Source: a virus. Taken from it: a stretch of DNA of 64,000 nt. The position numbers and the translations under genes were made by a program. Shown piece by piece: positions 44,834 to 54,368 of this stretch (position 1 is its first letter; the number at the start of each line of letters is the position of its first letter). The notes below the pieces were generated by a model. The model saw only the letters and a program-made list of their open reading frames with translations. It did no database searches and was not told the DNA's origin. The stretch lies in IMG/VR virus record IMGVR_UViG_3300041956_000050, positions 44,064 through 108,063 of that record. The stretch is one strand, 5' to 3'.

Positions 44834-44904
44834 GTGTTTCGGCCTTCCCGAAGGGCCATCCTCAGGCACTTTGTCAGCAAAGCTGACAGGGGACTGTGCG
44901 ACAC
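44834..44904 (-). ncRNA. type III hammerhead ribozyme HH-C
   Basis: Minus strand: GUGUC-GCAC[...UGUCAGC UUU GCUGACA...]GUGC-CUGAGGA-U-GGCC(CUUCGGGAA)GGCC-GAAACAC; GUC cut between 44900 and 44899. Confidence 0.8.
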
Positions 44905-45638
44905 TGCGCAGATCGAGTTTCCAGACCCCGTAGGGGTCAACGAGTTGCTGCGCTTTGTCCGTGAGGCTTCGCTCCCGGTTTCTGCCGGGTTGGCTGCCCT
45001 GAATCCGTAGGATCACGACTCCCTACGGGAGGATGCGAATAAGCGCTCCGTCGTGTCGCTTGTCTCCCCTACGGGGAGGGTTGCCATGTGGGCCAGCGTG
45101 ATCTACCGCCTCGGCGCTATCTGGACGCATCCTCGCATGATTGTTCCGTGCCCTCACGATTATTGGGCACATCCCTACTTCCCGGCGCTGCGATGCCTGC
45201 TAGGCGACAACGCACACGACGGTTTTCGACCGCACTGTTCACGCAACCGTAAGCCCCAAAGGGACGGCCCTCACGCACGCCTAGCCGTGAGGAGGGAGAT
45301 TGCGCACCGATCCGGCTCATGCGAGCGTGTTCTCGGACGGATTTGCACTGGGCACTAGCCCACACATGCCTATGTGGGTGCCCGCTGTGTGTCGGCGTCG
45401 TGCGCTGCCCGCTGTGGGCCTTAGGCGCTGCGCTCCGGTTATGTGGGAGCGGCCTGTGTCGGGAGCGGACGGCTCGACCGACGCCCCAAAGATCGGCCGG
45501 GTTCCTAAAGAGAATCTAAAGAACCCCTCTCGGAGCGGATCAAAAAGTGCCGTTTTGCAGGGAAGATAAAGTTAGATAAAGATGTCTCAAGACCCCCAAA
45601 TTGGCCAATAGTCAGGATTGTTGGCATTGGGAAAAACC

Positions 45639-45806
45639 CGCTATTTGCGGGATTCTCAAAAGGTCGCTATTTGCGGACTTTCTCGCGAGGGCAAAATGTC
45701 GCTATTTGCGACATCTCGACAAGGGTGTTTTCACCGTGTTTTTCAACGGTGAAAAGCTGTCGTGAATGCTTACTGTGAAAGCTGAGGTGACATGTGAGGT
45801 GACATG
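45639..45806. repeat. repeat cluster in AT-richer divergence region
   Basis: CGCTATTTGCG x3 (45639, 45665, 45700); TTTTCACCG/CGGTGAAAA inverted repeat (45728-45755); TGAGGTGACATG x2 (45783-45806). Confidence 0.8.
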
Positions 45807-46213
45807 TCACTATGACTGTTACTTACCCCCACCCAATTTCCTGTCACTAATGGCGCGACTTACGGTGAAGCGGATGTACGAGAGTCTGCCACCGGCAGAG
45901 AATGCTGACCCCTGAGGAGGCTGATTCATCACTCTTGACGTAGGCCCGGAAGCCCGAGTTGCCCTCAGGGTGCCGCTCTGTGCCCTGCCCCTGGCCCATT
46001 CCTACCATCCCCACCCAGTGTTTCAACAGTGTTGACACAGATACGCGGCGTAAGTCGAGCGTTCCGCTGCTGATCTCAGTGCGGGAGCGTGGCTCGGGTT
46101 GACCCCTACGGGGTACAACCCTGAGATTCCATACTGTTGGTACAGATTTGCTGGGATCAGGCGGGGATGCTAGCCTGTGCGGGACAACCCGACGACCCCA
46201 GGAGGTCAGCCCC

Positions 46214-46432
46214 ATGAGGGCGATGTTCTACGAGTACAACGATGTGCGGTCAGATCCGGAGCTTCCGCTGTTTGCGGTCATGGTCGAGAACCAGGCGGCG
46301 GGGCTACGGCTGGGACTACAGCGCGAGTCCGAGCGCAAGGGCAGCGAACGCCGGATCGTGATCGAGCCGCTGACCGCCGAGCAGGCGCAGAAGGAACTCG
46401 CGGGCGGCACGAAGTTCGTGGAGGTGAAGTAA
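46214..46432 (+). CDS. hypothetical protein, first gene of the rightward accessory arm
   Basis: GGAGG RBS before MRAMFYEY. Confidence 0.6.
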   Translation: MRAMFYEYNDVRSDPELPLFAVMVENQAAGLRLGLQRESERKGSERRIVIEPLTAEQAQKELAGGTKFVEVK

Positions 46433-46435
46433 GCA

Positions 46436-46696
46436 ATGGCTACACGCAGAGTGACCCCGCACGAGTTGGTGGTCGGCTCGGACGGCACGGCCTGGCAGGT
46501 GTTCCGGATTCGCCACGACGATGGCGCGTACACGGCGGTCACCGTGATGCAGAGTGCTCCGGCGCAGCGCGGGCCGAAGGCGACTGAGGAACGGCGGGTC
46601 GGCTACTCGTCCGCGCTCAACGTCCACACAGTGATGACAGAACCGCTGGTGTGGATCGAGGACTACGCGGAGCGCCACAAGCCGAGGGCGGCGTAG
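46436..46696 (+). CDS. hypothetical protein
   Basis: GGAGG RBS, in operon. Confidence 0.6.
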   Translation: MATRRVTPHELVVGSDGTAWQVFRIRHDDGAYTAVTVMQSAPAQRGPKATEERRVGYSSALNVHTVMTEPLVWIEDYAERHKPRAA

Positions 46697-46712
46697 CGAA
46701 CGACCGGAAAAT

Positions 46713-47257
46713 GCGGAGTGATCGGCTGCTACGGTCATTCCGCTGACCGGTCTGTGCCAGCTATCTGGTTTTCGGGGTAGAGGGCGCTAAGCTGCCCTGC
46801 GGCGCGGCCGGTGGCGGACCTCCAGACTCCCATCCGGCCGGTGCCCTACTCGGCCACACTGATGACATGTCTCAGGCGCAAGGATGTGCTGTTGCCGGGT
46901 ATGCTAGGGTGGCGCTCGCCGTCCCGGTGCTGAGATCCCCTCGACGCCGGGGCGGCGACCTACATAGCACCCGCCGTTCTAGACCCTGCCTTTGGCGAGT
47001 GCGCCTAGCCTCCGGCCTCCGCTGTGCTTCTGCTCATACGGGTTGAAGGGACACGCAGCGGGGGCCGGTCCCTATCTTCAGTGTTGACACTAGAAGACTA
47101 TACGAAGGTCTAGGTCATGGCGGCGGCGATTCTGCTACGGTCGCCTGCGCTGAGCCGGTGGTGGTGGCATGTCGAGAGCGTTCCGGCGAACACGCGACAT
47201 GACTCTTTACGTATCTGCGTGTCGGGCCGAGACGCGGGTGCGGCACCGGCTCAGCGC
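46713..47257 (+). ncRNA. cluster of structured small RNAs / hairpins
   Basis: Five long stems in an ORF-poor gap; several are preceded by TANNNT boxes. Confidence 0.5.
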
Positions 47258-47293
47258 CCTAGCAGCCCGTCCAGGCCATTCGTCCAGTCGGGG

Positions 47294-47323
47294 TTGACAC
47301 GGCGTTGAGAGCCGGTATAGGGT
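47294..47323 (+). promoter_or_regulatory. sigmaA-type promoter
   Basis: TTGACA-18 nt-TAGGGT upstream of ORF 47396. Confidence 0.6.
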
Positions 47324-47395
47324 CGCCCCGGCGCTCGGATAGCGCTCGGGGGCTAGGAAGCCCTCGACCTCAATACCACACAAGGAGGGACGCGC

Positions 47396-48775
47396 ATGCA
47401 ATTGCGCCTCCGTCTCGCGCTCGGTGTGGGCGCGATCCTGACTCTGGCCCTGCCAGCGTCTGCCCTAGCGGTCCCAGGTGACCGCGCCATCTCGAACCCC
47501 GCTCCGGGCGTCTTCCGACTGGACGACGACAACCTTGAGCCGGGGTGCTTCATCCCCGGTCGGCGTGCGCCGGTCGAGATCGACTCGCACCTCGACCTGA
47601 CGTTCCTGATGGCGGGCGAGATCGCCCGTGAGCTTCACGTCACGAATGACGACAACTCGCCCATCAACGTCGATCAGGTGCTCGTGCCGTCTGTCATCGA
47701 TGGCTACAAGATCTACAACACGTTCGAGAACACCGGACGCGCTGCGGACATCGGCCCGAACTTCACGGCCGTTGACATGTTCGCGCCGGACTCGAATGGT
47801 GTCGATGGTCCTGACGGCATCGATTCCCGCGACGTGATCGTCTGCGTCTCGGATCACGGCACGCCGCAGAACGAGCCGTATGCGCAGGAGGACGACGGAC
47901 TGGTGTCGGCCAAGAACCGGCCGATCCTGGCTCCGAAGCTGACTGCCCTCGGTGCGTCGGCCGTCGAGCCGCTGAACACCTACAAGGCCGGATTCGGCTA
48001 CGACACGGAGCGTTGGTACACGCCGCCGAGCTACGACGGCGCGAACACGTTCCCGTTCCACCCGACCGTGACCGATCCGGAGGCGTTCCCGTCTCCGACG
48101 TTCGGTGGCGATCTGCCGTTCCTCGTCCGGCTCAAGCCGCGTGCGGATGACTTCCCGTATGACGCGCGTCGAGTCAACGATGTTGACGGTGCCGCTGAGG
48201 CGTGGTACGGACCCGATCTCGAAGGTGATGTTGACGGGTTCGGCCAGGATGCCTGGTTCCGTCAGTCCGGCGACGATCACGACTGGATCGCGGGCGATCC
48301 GCTGGGCGGCACGCCGCTCCGGCTGATTGCCACGCTCACCCAGGGCGATCTTCCCATCGAGTGGACCCTGCGTCCGTCGCTGGGAGCGCCTGACACGCAG
48401 CGCAGCACGGAGTTCACCGACGACGATCTGCGCGCATGGGATGCCGAGTGGCAGGACTACTACGACTGCAAGGGTCCGAAGCCCTCGCTGCCGCTCCTGC
48501 CTGGCACCAACTCGCCCGCCTCCGACGACAACACTGACTGCAACCCGCAGTTGTCGATGCCGCCGGTCACGGTCGTCAACCCGACGCCGGTCGTCCGCGT
48601 CAACCCGACCCCGGTCGTCGTCAACACGCCTGTCAACTCTTCGAGCACCGGCAAGAAGCACGCCAGCAAGAAGCAGAAGAAGGCGTACCGCAAGTGCGTC
48701 AAGAAGGCCAAGGCCAAGCACGGCAAGAAGGCCAAGCGCCGCGCGATGAAGCGCTGCAACCGGATGAAGCACTAG
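47396..48775 (+). CDS. secreted acidic protein with Lys/Cys-rich C-terminal tail
   Basis: Signal peptide, D-rich body, VVNPTP linker repeats, KKAYRKCVKKAKAKHGKKAKRRAMKRC. Confidence 0.8.
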   Translation: MQLRLRLALGVGAILTLALPASALAVPGDRAISNPAPGVFRLDDDNLEPGCFIPGRRAPVEIDSHLDLTFLMAGEIARELHVTNDDNSPINVDQVLVPSVIDGYKIYNTFENTGRAADIGPNFTAVDMFAPDSNGVDGPDGIDSRDVIVCVSDHGTPQNEPYAQEDDGLVSAKNRPILAPKLTALGASAVEPLNTYKAGFGYDTERWYTPPSYDGANTFPFHPTVTDPEAFPSPTFGGDLPFLVRLKPRADDFPYDARRVNDVDGAAEAWYGPDLEGDVDGFGQDAWFRQSGDDHDWIAGDPLGGTPLRLIATLTQGDLPIEWTLRPSLGAPDTQRSTEFTDDDLRAWDAEWQDYYDCKGPKPSLPLLPGTNSPASDDNTDCNPQLSMPPVTVVNPTPVVRVNPTPVVVNTPVNSSSTGKKHASKKQKKAYRKCVKKAKAKHGKKAKRRAMKRCNRMKH

Positions 48776-48830
48776 CGACAAGTTCGCAAGCTCGCACAAG
48801 CTACAAGCCGACGCGAGCGGCGAGTAGAGG

Positions 48831-48863
48831 GGAGAGGCCCTGCTTCGGCGGGGCCTTTCCTTT
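48831..48863 (+). terminator. intrinsic terminator
   Basis: GGAGAGGCCCTGC TTCG GCGGGGCCTTTCC followed by TTT. Confidence 0.7.
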
Positions 48864-49021
48864 GCCCGCTCAAGCTCGGGGCAGCTTCTGCCGATGCCTG
48901 GTAGAATCATCCGGCTGCCGGTGCCTGGTGGCTTCCAGCGCTTGACCCTCCGTCGTTCGCGCCCCAGCATCCAGACACACCGGGTATCGGCAGCGACAAC
49001 ACAGACGACAAGGAGTAAGGG

Positions 49022-49399
49022 ATGCGATCTATGGTGATCGCCGCAGTGGCACTGCTGGCGGTCGGTATCGCCAACATCGATGTTCAGCCGACCGAGACGA
49101 AGACTGTCAAGGTTCCTGTCACGAAGACCGTGACCAAGACGAAGGTCAGGACCGTTTACAAGGAGCGGCCAGTCGGCAGTGGCGTGATGACGCGCGCCGA
49201 TTGCAAGAGCCTTGCGCATACGCGCGAGGACTTCCGCGTCATCGTCAACCGCTATGGCTGGCCGACCGGGCAGAACGGTGAGGACTCCGGCTCAGACACG
49301 CTCTGGTACAAGCTCACTGACGCCAGTGGCGACGAGTGCGAGCTTGACTTCTGGCAGGGCAAGCTCGATGACGTGCAGATCGAGGAAGATTGGTTGTAA
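49022..49399 (+). CDS. secreted/membrane-anchored hypothetical protein
   Basis: N-terminal hydrophobic helix, T/V/K repeats. Confidence 0.65.
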   Translation: MRSMVIAAVALLAVGIANIDVQPTETKTVKVPVTKTVTKTKVRTVYKERPVGSGVMTRADCKSLAHTREDFRVIVNRYGWPTGQNGEDSGSDTLWYKLTDASGDECELDFWQGKLDDVQIEEDWL

Positions 49400-49516
49400 T
49401 GACAAGAGCAATGAAGACCCGGCTGATCTTTGCATCACTGTTGGCGGTAGGCGCTGCGGTGGTGGCATATCTGCTTGGCTACAGCGACGGCTTCGACTCA
49501 GGAAGGACGGAGTTCT

Positions 49517-51729
49517 GATGGCGATTGATCTCGTTCTGGCTGCGCGCTTGCTGGAGCAGCGGCGCGAGGCCAACGTTGGCAAGCAGCTTGACAATGCGAG
49601 CTTGCCTGCTGGCTCCAGCATGTACTACTACTGCCACGGCTGCGGTGTCCAGACGGATGTCAAGCCGGAGGGCTGGTGGCAAGATCCGCCGCCGCCACGG
49701 CACTGTGAGGACTGCAAGGTGCTGATCGAGGCCGGTCTGCTCGATTCCGGCGAAACCTACGACACCTGGCTGCGCGAGCACGATCACAAACCGGTGCCGC
49801 GATGATGTCCATTATGCCAGCACACTTGAAAGAAATCTCTCCTCCGGCTGGCATGTCGAACTTCGACAACGAGATCGATGAGGGTGTCGAGGAGGCGTTG
49901 AAGGCTGGTGATTGGTATTGTCACCATGCTGCGTGGGATTTCAACGGCCTCGTCTGGTACGACGCCGAGTTGGGCATGTTCATCGAGGAGATCTGGCGCT
50001 ACAAGACGCAGGTCGGCACCTATCAAGCGCCGACGCTGCGAGAACTGATGGATCTGACAAACGACGACTGGGGATGGTCATGAACGACAACACTGCTGAA
50101 CACGATGTGCTGAAGGGCTACGCCAAGGGCCAGGGCTTCACGGTGCGCGGATTCCGTGACGACGAGGAGAACGGCCTCACCGCTGAGCTTGGCCGCTTCC
50201 GTGTCATCGAGGACGACGAGGACCATGGCCTGTACGCAGACGACGAGGGTGTGCTGGAGGCGTGCATCGTCGGCTCGGTCGAGTACCGCAATCAGCGCGT
50301 CTCGCTGTCGTTCATCCCGGACGGCTACGACGGTGGCAACGAGGTGTATGACCCCAGCGTTCTGGAGGAACTATGACAACACAGTTGAAGAACGTTGTGC
50401 GTCAGAACCCTGACTGGCTGACGCTAATCGGCGCGCTGGCGATGGTGCTCGGGGTCGCGGTGATAGCGTTGCTGGCCGATGCCGTCCCTGTGCTGGCGCT
50501 GGCAGTTGCCCTGGTGCCCCTCTGCGGGGGCGCATGGGCGCTCGGAGCAGCCTCTGCCATCCCGCAGCGGCGTGCGGAAAGGGCCGCAAAGACCGCGCAG
50601 ATCGAGCGCGAGCTTGAGATCGGATGATCCCAACGTGTAAGGTGCCTGCGAGAGACAGCGAGAGGGAGTCTGGAAGGTGGCGAGGATGAGCGAGCCGGAG
50701 AGCCGGAAGTGTCCGGCATGCGACTTCGTGGCCGCGAATGTGGCTGAAGAGGTCGCCCACATGGAGGCCAACCACCGCGATCTGGTCGAGGAACGCTTGC
50801 GTCAGGCAGGAATCTCCTTCGTGGACTACCGTACTGGTCCTGATCTGCCATCAATCATGACGCTAGCTGAGTTCCGGCAGATGATGGTGTTCATCGAGCA
50901 CTACGCCGCCAAGTTCCCCGGCGAGGACATCGAGATCGGCGTCCTTGTCAGGGACCGTGGCCGTCCTGCTCCGGAAGCGCTCTACCCTCCGCTGATGGCA
51001 CCGTGGATCGAGTTCTCGGTTGGCAAGCGCGCGTTCGCCATGTGGCGGGCGACGATGGATCTCTACGAGGTCGATCCGGTGACCGGCGCAGTTCATGACG
51101 AGCCGCTTCATAAGTCATGAATGACGACGAAAAGACGGAGGCCGAGAGACTCGATCCGCGTGAGTTCGTGGATCAGGACGATCCGCGCTACAACGGCTTC
51201 CGCATCCGCGAGTGGTGGATGGCGACGGCTGTCGATCCCGCCGACAATACAGAGGGTCCGCTATTTGTGTCAGGACTGATGGCGCAGATGTTCAACCTGA
51301 TGCCTGGTCCGGCGATGGCGGCTGACGAGCGGCGACTGCACAATCTGCGTGACTTCGCTGCCTGGTCGGCCGCGCAGTATGGCACCACTATTTGCATCCG
51401 GCACTTCAAGCCGGAAGGCGACCCGGAGATCATCATTCCCCAGTCAGGAGGAATCGGAAGTGACTGAGCGGTACGGGCTGTACGGCGTCATCCCTGTCGA
51501 GCGGGACGCCAACCCCACACCGATGACGCTGGCAGAGCAGAACATCGGTGACACTGGCGATACCTTGCTGTACGAGACGAGCGATCCCGGCGAGGCGCGG
51601 GCGATCTACGAGGCCGGGGGCTTCGAGCGCAACGGTGTCTGGCATGCTGTCACTCGCGTCGAGGATCGCCAGAAGCGCTCCGGCACGCAGCGCACCAGTG
51701 TCCCTTCCAAGCGTGACTACCGGTCATGA
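49517..51729 (+). other. run of small hypothetical genes (49517-49805, 49802-50083, 50080-50376, 50373-50627, 50677-51120, 51117-51467, 51460-51729)
   Basis: Tightly overlapping ORFs; one has CHGC..CEDC and one has two TM segments; starts approximate. Confidence 0.55.
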
Positions 51730-52097
51730 CCGATCTAGACGCCATCTATAGCGACATCCAACGCTTCATCGAGGCCAACTACGCCAGCCAGATCACGCTC
51801 TCTGACTTCGCCCACGCGCGCCAGATCCCCAAGAGCGACGTGCAGGCGGCGCTCAGCTACCAGGCGACCAACTGGGTGCGGATGCTGCTCAACGAGCGCA
51901 TGAAGCACGCGAGGGAGCTTCTGGCGTTCTCCGGCGAGACGGTCGAGGTGATCGCTTCGCGCGTTGGTTATGAGCCTTCGCAGTTTGCTCGCACGTTCAA
52001 AGCCGAGGAGGGAAAGGACCCGGAGGAGTTTCGCCAGTGGATACAGAACCAGCAATTGCAGGAAACCTCACCCCCAAACGAGTCGCCATCTTCTTGA
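51726..52097 (+). CDS. AraC-family HTH protein (DNA-binding domain only)
   Basis: RMKHARELL...TVEVIASRVGYEPSQFARTFKAEEGKDPEEFR. Confidence 0.85.
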   Translation: MTDLDAIYSDIQRFIEANYASQITLSDFAHARQIPKSDVQAALSYQATNWVRMLLNERMKHARELLAFSGETVEVIASRVGYEPSQFARTFKAEEGKDPEEFRQWIQNQQLQETSPPNESPSS

Positions 52098-52272
52098 CAG
52101 GTGTCGAGACTGCTGACGATGATCTGGCCGAGGTGGTCAATTCGGTGGTCGAGGATGCCGAGAGTCGAGGGCTGTTCTTCGAGTGGGCAGCCATTGGTGA
52201 GATGGACATGAATGATGTCGTGCCCAACTCGCCGCTGCATCATGCACTGATCGGGCGTCCACCTGATCGCTG

Positions 52273-52596
52273 ATGCCTGCTGTCATCGACAGGCTCTCCC
52301 CGCGCCAGGGCAAAGTGCTGCGCTACCTCTGCTCGACGCGGCAACAGCCGGTGACTCCGGATCGCACCATTCGCACGATTGAGTGGAGCGATCTGCCAAA
52401 GACCATCCTCCAGGCACGGAAGGCGCTGGAGGTTCTACGACGCTTCAAGCTCGTGGAGAAAGTTGGCAAGAATGCTTACTCGCCCACTGATGCGGGGCGC
52501 GAGATGATTGTAGTGGCGGACAGGGAGAACAGGTGGCAGGAGGCTCCCCCGCCGAAGGTGACCAACAAAGTCGCGAGACACAGGAGTAGTTACTGA
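52273..52596 (+). CDS. winged-helix protein
   Basis: LSPRQGKVLRYL...LEVLRRFKLVEKVGKNAYSPTDAG. Confidence 0.55.
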   Translation: MPAVIDRLSPRQGKVLRYLCSTRQQPVTPDRTIRTIEWSDLPKTILQARKALEVLRRFKLVEKVGKNAYSPTDAGREMIVVADRENRWQEAPPPKVTNKVARHRSSY

Positions 52597-52874
52597 TGGC
52601 ATGCACTCTGCTCATTCGTGGTGGCGAGATCGAACTCCACGAGTCGGAGAACTTCAACAAGCTCCGGCACCGGCTGAACAAGGCCCGCAAGCTGAGCGAG
52701 GACTACAAGAACGGCACCATCGACGGCAGCACCAACGGCCAGAAGTTCGACCCGTTCCACGTCCTGACCTTCCGCACCGCCGACGACGGCCGGATCGCGG
52801 TGGACATCGAGAACGCCATCGGCGTCTTGTCAGACGAGCCGCGCGACGGTGCAGACGAAGACGACGACGAGTAG
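52596..52874 (+). CDS. hypothetical protein
   Basis: TGATG overlap. Confidence 0.6.
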   Translation: MACTLLIRGGEIELHESENFNKLRHRLNKARKLSEDYKNGTIDGSTNGQKFDPFHVLTFRTADDGRIAVDIENAIGVLSDEPRDGADEDDDE

Positions 52875-52936
52875 ACTCCCTGGTGGGTGAGCGTCTTCCC
52901 GCCGTGGCGCTCACCCACTTCTTCTAAGGAGACATC

Positions 52937-53374
52937 ATGATTGTCGTCGTTGACAGAAAGCAGTTCACGCTGGAGGTCTGGAATCCCGGTCCTGGCGCTG
53001 AGCGCGCCAAGCGTGTTCACCACTGCCGGGTCGCGGTCGGCATGGAGGGGTTCGCCACGCCAAAGGGCGTCTATGAGACAGGGCCGCGCTCACGCACGCC
53101 TGACTGGCGTGCTCCGGCGTGGGTCGATCCGCCGATGGTGCCGGGGCAGATCTACCACTTCGGCTCACCGGCCAATCCGTACCAGGCGGGCCTCATCTCC
53201 CTGCACGGCCAGAGCCGTTCTGGCGTGCCACGTGAGGGCTACGCGATCCATGGCACCAAGAACGAGGCGTCGATCCCTGGTCGTGCCTCGCACGGCTGCA
53301 TTCGAGTCAAGAGCAATGACTTGCTGTGGCTGTACGAACATCTGGAAGACAACACAATTGTTGTAATCGTCTGA
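52937..53374 (+). CDS. L,D-transpeptidase (YkuD) catalytic domain
   Basis: VAVG...TPKG and YAIHGT...GRASHGCIRV catalytic motif. Confidence 0.9.
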   Translation: MIVVVDRKQFTLEVWNPGPGAERAKRVHHCRVAVGMEGFATPKGVYETGPRSRTPDWRAPAWVDPPMVPGQIYHFGSPANPYQAGLISLHGQSRSGVPREGYAIHGTKNEASIPGRASHGCIRVKSNDLLWLYEHLEDNTIVVIV

Positions 53375-53390
53375 GAGGCGTGTAAACACT

Positions 53391-53750
53391 GTGGCCGACA
53401 ACAAGTACGGGGAGATCTACACCGAGGACGAGGTGGTCGAAGTCGTCCAACTGGCTGTCGATGGTGTCCTTGAACTTCTTGACAAGGGCATTGACAAGAA
53501 CACCATCAAGCTGAGCTTCAGCGATGGCGATATCCGCGAGGCGGCGCGCACAGAGGTTGACCGGCACTGGCTCCCCGGAGAACCGCTGTTCATCCTTCGT
53601 GGCCAGGACCGCAGGGCGCTCGGAGCCGTCCGCTGGTATCGCGATCACCAGTGGCCCAACGCTGAGCGCGAGCACCTTGAGCGCATCGATGACGCGGTGG
53701 CGGCGTTCGAGGCGTATCGCAAGCTTGGCGCGATGAAGGAGCCGGATTAG
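53391..53750 (+). CDS. hypothetical protein (EPLFILRGQD motif)
   Basis: ORF with a motif type common in phages. Confidence 0.6.
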   Translation: MADNKYGEIYTEDEVVEVVQLAVDGVLELLDKGIDKNTIKLSFSDGDIREAARTEVDRHWLPGEPLFILRGQDRRALGAVRWYRDHQWPNAEREHLERIDDAVAAFEAYRKLGAMKEPD

Positions 53751-53846
53751 TCAGTGTTGATCCGCTATGTTGTCATAGCGTTGATCGTCATTGCCTGGTT
53801 CAATCTGTGGTTCTGGCTAGCACACTGGACGAGCTAAGGAGTCAAT

Positions 53847-54164
53847 ATGGATGAGGAAATCCCCGAGGGGTTCGATCCGCGTCAGTTCTTCGAGACGTTG
53901 CGCAAGAGCGCTTCCGTCAAGATGGGCGCTGTCGTGTTCGGAGAGGCGCAGATGGCGTACTACGAAGTCCTCAAGCAGCACATGGAGGAGGAGCACGCCT
54001 GGAACATGCTCGCGCACACCACGGAGTCCATCATCAAGGGCATCGCTGGCGCGGCTGGGCCAGTTGTGTCAGCACTCATGCAGGCGTCGTTCCTGTGGGA
54101 GATGCTGGGCGCGGAGGTCCAGAGCGAGAAGGGCGAGAAAGAAGTGCCTGGTAGCCAGTCATGA
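53847..54164 (+). CDS. hypothetical protein
   Basis: AAGGAG RBS. Confidence 0.55.
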   Translation: MDEEIPEGFDPRQFFETLRKSASVKMGAVVFGEAQMAYYEVLKQHMEEEHAWNMLAHTTESIIKGIAGAAGPVVSALMQASFLWEMLGAEVQSEKGEKEVPGSQS

Positions 54165-54368
54165 CGATCATTGGCGATCCGGTGCTGGACGAAATGGCAA
54201 AGGAGCTTCACGACGTGCTCGTGCAGCGCGGCCTCGACCCGCGCAATCCGCCGCAAGGCAACGATATGCCGGTGGACACGTTCTACGCTGAGTACAAGCG
54301 CCGTGGCGGCAATGTTTACACCGACGCTCGTGGAGCGGCAGTCTCACTGATCGAGAGGGTGAAGGAAC

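Noticed and set aside
44795-45016. N-terminal extension of ORF 44510-45016 (also the 42168-42257 and 41028-41645 extensions)
   Set aside because: RBSs point to downstream ATGs; the extensions run through ribozymes, hairpins or another gene
45909-45970. CTGAGGA on the plus strand as a hammerhead core
   Set aside because: No GAAA or stem III; the motif pairs with downstream CCTCAGG
47465-49219. 584-aa minus-strand ORF (likewise 2741-3967 and 4075-4995)
   Set aside because: Antisense shadows of well-supported plus-strand genes in high-GC DNA
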